DNA from: Rickettsiales bacterium
GTDB taxonomy: Bacteria; Pseudomonadota; Alphaproteobacteria; Rs-D84
NCBI GenBank assembly: GCA_031263295.1
Contig: JAISGC010000092.1
Location: 1 to 39,363 of the forward strand
DNA: 39,363 nt
Reading direction: 5' to 3'
Shown here: in pieces, positions 23,198-29,857 of the stretch
Position numbering within the stretch: position 1 is the stretch's first letter
Layout of the letters: the number at the start of each line of letters is the position of its first letter
Position numbers and translations under genes: made by a program
The notes under the pieces: generated by a model
Databases searched by the model: none
Told to the model about the DNA's origin: nothing
What the model saw: only the letters and a program-made list of their open reading frames with translations

Positions 23198-24370
23198 ATG
23201 AAGAAAATACTCGCGCTTATCGCGCTTCTTCCGGGCGCGGCGATCGCCGCAAACAGCACCGCCGATTTGTCCGGAGGCCCGGCCAAAAAGCAAACCGCCG
23301 CCGTGCAGACCATCAAGACAAATGGCGCGCCGCTGCGGGTCAAGCAGGAAGTGAATCTCTATTACACCGGTCCGTCGCGCAGAAGCGCCGCCGCGCAAAA
23401 TACCTATGCGGGCTGCACCGGCGACGGATGCGCCGCGGCCCGCTCCGCGCGCGCCGAGACATATCGCGCCGCGAACGACAAGAAATATAATTTGGCCAAT
23501 CCTTTTTATCAGCCGCTGAAAGAAACATTTTTCAGCATAACCGACGCGTCTTTTTCCGGCGCCGGATTCAAGTTTGACATAGACAACGGCGCGTGGGCCA
23601 ATAACAAAGGCAAACTGGACAACAACTCCGTCTCGTTCACAGAAAATCTGTCATACGGAATAACCGACAACTTCGCGATATTGGGCGAGGTCCGCTTCGC
23701 GCGCGATGAATTGCGTGTAAAGTGGGACACGGTGCCGTTTCCGCTCGATGTCGACAAATACGACGACAGCAGGTTGGCGTCCTTCGGCGCCGGGTTCAAG
23801 TGGCGCGTCTCGGACAGCAAGAACTGGATTTCGTTCCTGTTCGGCGGAATCGAGAATGCCAAGGATGTCGGCAATGTCTTTTCGGTCAACACCAAAATCG
23901 GATACAAGAACGACGACACGACCATATACGGGCTTGCGGGCGCGCAGTTCATAAACTGGGACCATTCGAACGGATACGGATTCGGCATCACGAACCAATA
24001 CGGCCAGAGCGAATATTTTATGCTGAAAGAAAAGACCAGCAATTCGATTTACTACGCGGCGGGCGCGGGCCTGTTCGCGGCGATAAACGAGGACTGGTCC
24101 AGCGACTTGCAGATAACATATCAGGATCTTGAATGGCATTCGCAGGTTCTGGCGCAGGCGTCGATCGCCTATCAGCCGTGGAACTCGGTCGCGGTGAATC
24201 TCTACGGCCGATTCGCGCTTTGGGATAACGCGAACGGATTCAATTCCGATGTCTACGGGCCGCATCCTTATATAGGCGACGGGACGGAGCCGGTCGTCAA
24301 TGTCGGCGTCGCAAAGTTTGCGGACTATCGGGAGTATCTTGTGGGCGTGCAGTTATTGGCGGCGTTTTAA
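23198..24370 (+). CDS. Outer-membrane beta-barrel-like protein (unknown family)
   Basis: The start is placed at ATG 23198 (the track start at 23192 is TTG), with AAGGA 8 nt upstream. It has the signal peptide MKKILALIALLPGAAIA, alternating aromatic/Gly-rich strands, and a C-terminal ...VQLLAAF with terminal Phe. Confidence 0.65.
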   Translation: MKKILALIALLPGAAIAANSTADLSGGPAKKQTAAVQTIKTNGAPLRVKQEVNLYYTGPSRRSAAAQNTYAGCTGDGCAAARSARAETYRAANDKKYNLANPFYQPLKETFFSITDASFSGAGFKFDIDNGAWANNKGKLDNNSVSFTENLSYGITDNFAILGEVRFARDELRVKWDTVPFPLDVDKYDDSRLASFGAGFKWRVSDSKNWISFLFGGIENAKDVGNVFSVNTKIGYKNDDTTIYGLAGAQFINWDHSNGYGFGITNQYGQSEYFMLKEKTSNSIYYAAGAGLFAAINEDWSSDLQITYQDLEWHSQVLAQASIAYQPWNSVAVNLYGRFALWDNANGFNSDVYGPHPYIGDGTEPVVNVGVAKFADYREYLVGVQLLAAF

Positions 24371-24371
24371 T

Positions 24372-24491
24372 AATTAGCAATGTGCAGTGAGCAATGAGCA
24401 ATTGCGGCTCGTTGGAAAGGAAGAGAGAACAAATGAAAAAACTTTATCGCGGGATTTTATTGCTCATTGCTCATTGCTCACTGCTCGTTGC
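24372..24491. repeat. GAGCAAT-heptamer inverted repeat straddling the RBS and start of the second OMP gene
   Basis: The left arm is AATTAGCAATGTGCAGTGAGCAATGAGCAATTGC (24372-24405). The right arm is ATTGCTCATTGCTCATTGCTCACTGCTCGTTGC (24459-24491). The core GCAGTGAGCAATGAGCAAT is complementary between the arms. Confidence 0.7.
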
Positions 24492-25170
24492 GGTGGCGCC
24501 CGCCCGCGCCGTCGAAATCGCCGACGATACGGCCGACCCTATGTTCCTTGAAAAGTTCGGCGACTTTGTTTCCCGCACATCCGCGGACTTCGGCAAATAT
24601 TTTCAGGCGCGCGAGATAGCCTCTTACGGATACTCCGACCGATTCGCGGTCGACCTAGACTTGCGCTGGCGCAGCGGCGGGAACAATAAAAAGGACGACG
24701 ATCCGAACAACGACTTCAAGGACGGGTTCTCCAACCTCGGCGTTATGGGAAAATACCGCGCTGGCAAGGGCGATACCGGCGCGACCGATATTCTGTTCGG
24801 CTTCGGATTCGGCGGCCGCGATGTCGTGCCGAATTACTCGGACGAGGTTTATTCCGTCGGTATGCGGACCGGGCGTCAGTGGCAGGTTCTGACGCTGTCG
24901 GCGACGGTTCTGACAAACTGGATATTCGACCGCGAGCACGGAATCGCTTACATAGACTTGACGCCCGAGGCGTATTTCCGACTTGTCGGCGACTGGTCCT
25001 TCGGCGCGGGCGCGACATTCCGAAAATCCACCACGACCATTTTCGATCAGACCTGGATAAACGCGAAACTCGGAACCCAAATCGGAAAAACCGGATGGTA
25101 TCTGAACGGCGGATACGAAACCAAGTCGAAAGACCTTCGCATCGGCGGCAGCATTTATATGTTGTTCTAG
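24433..25170 (+). CDS. Small outer-membrane beta-barrel-like protein (unknown family)
   Basis: The start is placed at ATG 24433, preceded by GGAAAGGAAGAGAG. The signal peptide MKKLYRGILLLIAHCSLLVAVAPARA is partly encoded by the heptamer repeat. The C-terminus is ...GGSIYMLF with terminal Phe. Confidence 0.65.
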   Translation: MKKLYRGILLLIAHCSLLVAVAPARAVEIADDTADPMFLEKFGDFVSRTSADFGKYFQAREIASYGYSDRFAVDLDLRWRSGGNNKKDDDPNNDFKDGFSNLGVMGKYRAGKGDTGATDILFGFGFGGRDVVPNYSDEVYSVGMRTGRQWQVLTLSATVLTNWIFDREHGIAYIDLTPEAYFRLVGDWSFGAGATFRKSTTTIFDQTWINAKLGTQIGKTGWYLNGGYETKSKDLRIGGSIYMLF

Positions 25171-25221
25171 GCCCGATGCCGGGCCGGGCGGGCTATTGCG
25201 CAGTGCAAAAAGGGTAAAAAA

Positions 25222-25533
25222 ATGTTCCAAAAAGAATGGATTGATTTTATCAATGATATAAGCGGGCGATTGAAAGAGCTTGACGGAAATACCGAGATTC
25301 TCGCGCGCATAGCGAAGATGACCGAAGAAGTCGGCGAGTTTGCGGGCGCGGCTATGCTCAGCATGGGCTATGGCCGCAAAAGCAAAATCGATTCGTTCGA
25401 TCCGAAAAATCTGACCGAAGAGTTCGGCGATGTCGTCATAACCGCATGCCTGCTGGCGCGGGAATTGGGCCTCGACCTGAACGCCGCATTGTCCGCGCGG
25501 AAATCGGAAATTTCGCTGCGTTGGGCGGCATAG
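25222..25533 (+). CDS. MazG-like nucleotide pyrophosphohydrolase domain protein
   Basis: 103 aa. It has the paired acidic helices EEVGEFAGA and EEFGDVV, characteristic of the all-alpha NTP pyrophosphohydrolase (MazG) fold. Confidence 0.65.
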   Translation: MFQKEWIDFINDISGRLKELDGNTEILARIAKMTEEVGEFAGAAMLSMGYGRKSKIDSFDPKNLTEEFGDVVITACLLARELGLDLNAALSARKSEISLRWAA

Positions 25534-25585
25534 CGAATCGGCGTTTTCTCTTGCAACTTATTTTCATTTCGGATATTATTTGACG

Positions 25586-25697
25586 GAACCAAGTTGGGAA
25601 ACTTGCGTTCGGGCTGTGAGAAGCCTTTATTTGAGCGGCGCGCCTTTTGCGCCGTGATCCGCGCGCAAAAAACTTGCGGCCAGTCGGCCGTTTTTTT
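25586..25697 (+). ncRNA. Candidate small RNA (~112 nt) defined by promoter and terminator only
   Basis: TTGCAA (25551-25556), a 17-nt spacer and TATTAT (25574-25579) form a near-consensus promoter. The predicted transcript starts with a 10-bp hairpin (GAACCAAGUU-GGGA-AACUUGCGUUC). It ends with CGGCC-AGUC-GGCCG plus U7 (25677-25697). There is no homology evidence, and the terminator could equally serve the upstream MazG-like gene. Confidence 0.25.
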
Positions 25698-25826
25698 GCG
25701 CCCAAACCCCGTTATGGTCGGGGGGCTGTTTGCGAGCAATCCGAACAGAATCATTCTCAAATATGATTTCTCAACCGCCCCGGCCGCATCAAAGTTTTCC
25801 CGACGAAGCCATGTCTTCCGCGTGGC

Positions 25827-26172
25827 GTTCCCCTCCTTTGGAGGGGTGCCGCCCGACACACATCGTGTGGTGGGCGGCGGGGTGGTGCTTAAAGCGGGAG
25901 CTGTCGAAACTAAAACAAAAAATTGCAAAGCAATTTTTTGTCATTCCCGCGCATGCGGGAATGGGGCTTTAAGACTTCTAGCGAAAAACTTGTTACACAC
26001 ACAACGAACATTGTGAAAACAAGTAGTAGCTGAATGTAAGGTTTAGAACCCTATTCCCGCTTTCGCGGGAATGACAAAAAATCCTTTCAGGATTTTTTGT
26101 TTAAGTTTTGTCAGTGCCAATGTGAAGCACCACCCCGGCCGCTCCGCGGCCACTCCTCCAAAGGAGGGGAAC
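25827..26172. repeat. ~346-bp composite palindrome: GTTCCCCTCCTTTGGAGGGG module / nested element B (25916-26099) / inverted module
   Basis: Module 25827-25903 and its inverted partner 26124-26172 flank element B. Element B runs: hairpin CAAAAAATTGC-AAA-GCAATTTTTTG, GTCATTCCCGC-GCAT-GCGGGAAT, the core, ATTCCCGC-TTTC-GCGGGAATGAC, and hairpin CAAAAAATCC-TTTC-AGGATTTTTTG. Confidence 0.8.
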
Positions 26173-26215
26173 ACCAGTTGGAAGGCAGTGCAAAAACAAA
26201 AACAGGGAGAAAAAT

Positions 26216-26779
26216 ATGAGAAAGTTCAATTATCAAAGTGCAAAGTTCAATTGCGGCGCGCGAAAAAGCAAAAGCGCATTCGGCAGGCTTCCATTGAACT
26301 TTGCAATTTGCACTTTGCTAATTTGCGGCGTCGGCGAAAGCGAGGCCGCCAAGTTCTGCGTGGTCAACGAAGTCGCCTCGTGGTCGGCGGACGCGAACGC
26401 GCGGACCTGGACGACCACTATGAAAAATGGCTCAGTCATTTCCGGACGCTATGCCTGCGCGTCCGACTTGTCGCAGGGACCGGGATGCGAAAACAATATT
26501 CCGGCCGGTTGCATCCCGACATCAACCGCAATTGCATTTTCATCGGTGAATAGCGTTTATTCCGCAAAACCGGTTCACTCGCCAACCGGGGATTTCTGCT
26601 GGTGCCAAATCTTGTCGCCGAACCCCACGGGATGGATTATAACCGGCCGGTTCGGTGTGTGGCCCGGCGGATGCAACGGCACCGGCGGCCATTTCGGAAG
26701 CACATATCCGAATTGCGCGGGATTATGCGCGAACTCCGGATATAGGCTTTTGACCGGGCCTATAAATATCGGATATTAA
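26216..26779 (+). CDS. Secreted Cys-rich protein (187 aa, unknown function)
   Basis: The SD AGGGAGA lies 6 nt upstream. It has an N-terminal basic stretch followed by the hydrophobic segment LNFAICTLLICGVGESEA, and the mature part has 10 Cys. I recognise no family. Confidence 0.55.
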   Translation: MRKFNYQSAKFNCGARKSKSAFGRLPLNFAICTLLICGVGESEAAKFCVVNEVASWSADANARTWTTTMKNGSVISGRYACASDLSQGPGCENNIPAGCIPTSTAIAFSSVNSVYSAKPVHSPTGDFCWCQILSPNPTGWIITGRFGVWPGGCNGTGGHFGSTYPNCAGLCANSGYRLLTGPINIGY

Positions 26780-27069
26780 AACTCCGCGAGTTTCGTCTGA
26801 CCGGCGAAATGCGCGCTTGGCGGGGCGCGGAAAATATACCAAAGAATGCCGACTACGGCGACGCCGCCGACCGCCGCGATTGCAAGCGCGGTCCCGCCGT
26901 TGCCGCCGGACTTCCCGCCCGATTTATAGACATTGCAGCCCGGGTCTCCGTTTGTGCAGCTGGGCAGATTTGAGCCCGTGCCGGTATCGCTCGGGCCGCC
27001 GCGCGGCGAATCGACCGCGCCCGCCGCGAACGCGAGCATCGAAAATAAAATCGCGACGATTGTCTTCAT
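26776..27069 (-). CDS. Small signal-peptide plus C-terminal-TM protein (97 aa, Gly-rich)
   Basis: It has the signal peptide MKTIVAILFSMLAFAAGA, a Gly/Ser-rich middle and the C-terminal TM ALAIAAVGGVAVVGILWYIF. It has no obvious SD. Its stop overlaps the stop of the convergent 187-aa gene (TTAA). Confidence 0.4.
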   Translation of the reverse strand: MKTIVAILFSMLAFAAGAVDSPRGGPSDTGTGSNLPSCTNGDPGCNVYKSGGKSGGNGGTALAIAAVGGVAVVGILWYIFRAPPSAHFAGQTKLAEF

Positions 27070-27139
27070 TTATTTTATTAAAGCAAAATCCGCGCCATCG
27101 GGCAAACAGAATCTGGTTGTTTTCAGGAATCGAATCTTG

Positions 27140-27337
27140 TATAATTTCAACCAGCGGGATATGCTATTCCGCCGGGCCTTATAACCCGTCTTTTGAGCGT
27201 CCGAAGGGACGATAAATGCTCCAACGATTTCGGTTGGAGTGCGGCGAATATGCTGAATAAGCCGCGCAATTCTCAAAGATTGTTATAAGACTCCAACCAC
27301 CTGCGCTAAGGCTTCGGGTGGCAACAGGGAGGATTTT
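27140..27337 (+). promoter_or_regulatory. Promoter (TATAAT 27140-27145) plus conserved structured leader, copy 3
   Basis: The blocks are CGTCC-GAAG-GGACG (27198-27211), CTCCAAC (27219-27225)/GTTGGAG (27233-27239), GCGGC-GAATATGCTGAATAA-GCCGC (27241-27265) and CAATT/GATTG (27267-27282). These are followed by the second CTCCAACC (27291-27298), CCACC/GGTGG (27296-27321) and SD GGGAGG (27327-27332). Confidence 0.6.
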
Positions 27338-28087
27338 ATGAAAAAGTTTATCGCAATGGCGATGATTGTTCTGGCGGCCGGGCGCTCGCCCGCCGTCGAT
27401 GTCGCTGGGCGGATATTCACGAACTGCGCGACCGTATGCATCAACCGCGAGCTGAACGCGCCGGACTGCCAGTTCCCGGACATCAGCGGTCTGAACGGCC
27501 AGCTGGCCGACTTGCGAAAAGAATTGTCCGACATAAAGGCGGATCATCTGACGGCCGCCGAGTGCGGCGTCAAGACCGCGGCCGCGGTTGCCGCGGTTCC
27601 GGCATGTCCGACTTGCGCGCCCGCGACGACTACCGCGACAACTCCGTCCGTCACGACGGCGACAACTCCGCCTGACGCGGGGACGACCACTGCGTCAACC
27701 TCGGCGGTCAGTCTCGAATGCGCCCAACGAAAGCGCGTTTATTACGGCATTATGAAAAAGAAAACCATAACCGCCGGGACATCCGTCAAATGCGACAACG
27801 CGACATTCGGCGACCCGAAGAAAGGCGCGAGCAAAAAGTGCTATGTCGACGGCATCCGAAAGGCCGACGAAAACGGCGGGTTTTCAATGGAGGCCGACGG
27901 GCTCGTTATGTATGGGCTGATAGATGTGAGAGAAATCACTTCGGCCGCCGAAATGAAATGCGACAATAAAACATTCGAGGATCCGGCCAAGGGCGCGAGC
28001 AAGAAATGCTATGACTGGCAGGGCAACGAAATAGCGGACGAGAACAAGAGCTTCACTCCGCCGAATCCGAAGCCGACGGGGTGCTAG
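27338..28087 (+). CDS. Secreted Cys-rich protein, paralog 3 of 3
   Basis: It has the signal peptide MKKFIAMAMIVLAAGRSPA, the shared N-terminal block (IFTNCATVCINR...PDCQFPDISGLNGQLADLRKELSDIKADHLTAAEC) and a Thr/Ala/Pro linker. The C-terminal domain has two copies of KCDN.TF.DP.KGASKKCY. Confidence 0.75.
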   Translation: MKKFIAMAMIVLAAGRSPAVDVAGRIFTNCATVCINRELNAPDCQFPDISGLNGQLADLRKELSDIKADHLTAAECGVKTAAAVAAVPACPTCAPATTTATTPSVTTATTPPDAGTTTASTSAVSLECAQRKRVYYGIMKKKTITAGTSVKCDNATFGDPKKGASKKCYVDGIRKADENGGFSMEADGLVMYGLIDVREITSAAEMKCDNKTFEDPAKGASKKCYDWQGNEIADENKSFTPPNPKPTGC

Positions 28088-29388
28088 GGCCGTTTAAGTT
28101 CGCTGCGCATCTTGTCCCAGTAATCCAGGCGCTTTTTTATCTCGCGCTCGAAGCCGCGCTCGACCGGCGTATAAAACTTTTGCCGGCCCATTTGTTCCGG
28201 AAAGCAATTCTGGCCGGAAAATCCCGATTCGGTGTCGGGCTCATAGACATAGTCTTTGCCGTAATCCATATCCTTCATCATTCGCGTCGGCGCGTTCAGT
28301 ATATTTTTCGGCGGCATCAGGGACCCGTATTTTTCGGCCGCGGCCCATGCGAACATTTTCGCTTTGTCGTTGCGATTGCTTTTCGGCGCCGTGCCGAGAT
28401 AAATCACAAGTTCGGTCAATGCTATGTCGCCTTCGGGACTGCCCATTCTGTCGTATGCGTTCCAGCACGCGATGGCGAGCTGCACTGCCTGCGGATCGGC
28501 CAGGCCGACATCCTCCATTGCGAATCGGGTCAGACGGCGAAATAAATACTGCGGGTCCTGGCCGCCGGTCATCATCCGCGCGACCCAGTAAAGCGCCGCG
28601 TCCGTGTCGGATGCGCGCAAAGATTTATGCACGGCCGAGATTAAATTATAATGCTCGTCGCCGGTCTTGTCCGACAGCATCGCCTTTTTCTGAACCAGTT
28701 TATCAAGCGCCTCCGATGAAATCGGGCGCGCGACTTTTGCGTCGGCGAGATACTCGATTGTGTTCAATAAAAAGCGCGCGTCGCCATCCGCCATTTCGGA
28801 GAGCGACTTTCGCGCCGCGTCGTCAAGCAACGGAAACACTTCGAGATATTTTTCCGCCCTTTCGCTCAACCCCAACAAATCAAAGGATGAGAGCGGTTCA
28901 AGCACTCCGATATGGCACCGCGAGAGCAGGGCGTTATTTAACGAGAACGACGGGTTCTCGGTCGTCGCGCCGACAAACACGACCGTGCCGTCTTCGAGAT
29001 ACGGCAGCAATGTATCCTGCTGTGTTTTGTTGAAGCGGTGGATTTCGTCGATAAACAGAAGCGTGCCGCGGCCAAGCACCGCGTCCATCTTCGCCGCCTC
29101 CATCGCCTTCTTTATATCGGCCGTTCCGGAAAATACCGCCGACATCGGAATGAATGTCATATCGGTCGTTTTCGCCAAGGCTCGCGCTATCGTCGTCTTG
29201 CCGCATCCCGGCGGCCCCCACAAAATCATATTCGACAATTTGCCGTTGTCCGCCATTTGGCGCACGATTCCCGATTCGCCAAGCAGTCGCGGCTGGCCCA
29301 CGATTTCATCTATCGTTTTCGGGCGCATGCGGTCGGCCAGCGGCTGGCGCGGGCTTGAAATCGGCGAAATACTTTGTTTTACTTTCAT
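28084..29388 (-). CDS. rarA: Replication-associated recombination protein RarA/MgsA (AAA+ ATPase)
   Basis: It has PLADRMRPKTIDEIVGQ, Walker A GPPGCGKTT, Walker B LFIDEIHRFNK and the C-terminal MgsA_C-like DPQ..RRL...EDVG. The ATG at 29388 is preferred over the track TTG at 29430. Confidence 0.88.
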   Translation of the reverse strand: MKVKQSISPISSPRQPLADRMRPKTIDEIVGQPRLLGESGIVRQMADNGKLSNMILWGPPGCGKTTIARALAKTTDMTFIPMSAVFSGTADIKKAMEAAKMDAVLGRGTLLFIDEIHRFNKTQQDTLLPYLEDGTVVFVGATTENPSFSLNNALLSRCHIGVLEPLSSFDLLGLSERAEKYLEVFPLLDDAARKSLSEMADGDARFLLNTIEYLADAKVARPISSEALDKLVQKKAMLSDKTGDEHYNLISAVHKSLRASDTDAALYWVARMMTGGQDPQYLFRRLTRFAMEDVGLADPQAVQLAIACWNAYDRMGSPEGDIALTELVIYLGTAPKSNRNDKAKMFAWAAAEKYGSLMPPKNILNAPTRMMKDMDYGKDYVYEPDTESGFSGQNCFPEQMGRQKFYTPVERGFEREIKKRLDYWDKMRSELKRP

Positions 29389-29485
29389 TTTACTTTGGCG
29401 CGAAGCCGCGCCGGGCTTTCTCTTATGCAATGCTTTATTCTATTGCGATTTTACTTTAAGTTTATTTACTGCTATAATTATAGCA

Positions 29486-29857
29486 ATGAAAACGACGAAA
29501 GACAATGCATTCACTACGGCGGTCGCGAACCTTGCGGCGGCGGCGGTCCGCGGCAATCCAAAGCTGACCATAGACGCGGCGGTGCGCCAGGCGGCCGAAT
29601 CGCTCCGGCGCGCGGCGGTCGTTCAATTGACTGCGAAACAAGTCAGCGAATCGGTGAAGCCGGGGCACTTGGTTTGCTTCGAGGACGGGACGAAACATAT
29701 AATGCTGCGCCGATACATAAAGCGGCGGTTCAATCTGACGCCCGACCAGTATCGCGAAAAGTGGGGGCTGCCCGACGATTATCCCATGACCGCGCCGAAC
29801 CATTCTTTGCGCCGCACGCGCATTGCGAAAAAAACGGGCCTGGGGAAAAAGCGCTGA
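29486..29857 (+). CDS. MucR/Ros-family transcriptional regulator (zinc ligands apparently missing)
   Basis: 123 aa from ATG 29486. The C-terminal block LTPDQYREKWGLPDDYPMTAPNHSLRRTRIAKKTGLG is the Ros/MucR signature. TATAAT at 29473-29478 is only 7 nt upstream of the ATG. The stop overlaps the rlmN start (TGATG). Confidence 0.75.
   Translation: MKTTKDNAFTTAVANLAAAAVRGNPKLTIDAAVRQAAESLRRAAVVQLTAKQVSESVKPGHLVCFEDGTKHIMLRRYIKRRFNLTPDQYREKWGLPDDYPMTAPNHSLRRTRIAKKTGLGKKR

Noticed and set aside
22952-26099. Integron cassette/attC interpretation of the hairpin elements flanking the OMP-MazG segment.
   Set aside because: No intI gene is present. I cannot find RYYYAAC/GTTRRRY core sites at the element ends. 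The bracketed genes have their own RBSs and apparent promoters, so the recombination hypothesis is kept only in generic form.
25368-26553. ORFs 25368-25928 (-), 25594-26016 (+), 25730-25972 (+) and 26071-26553 (+). Similarly 13216-13584 (+) and 13309-13530 (-).
   Set aside because: They are translations of the hairpin repeat modules (peptides such as AIFCHSRACGNG and FPSFGGVPP). They have no RBS or homology, and they are read equally well on both strands because the DNA is palindromic.
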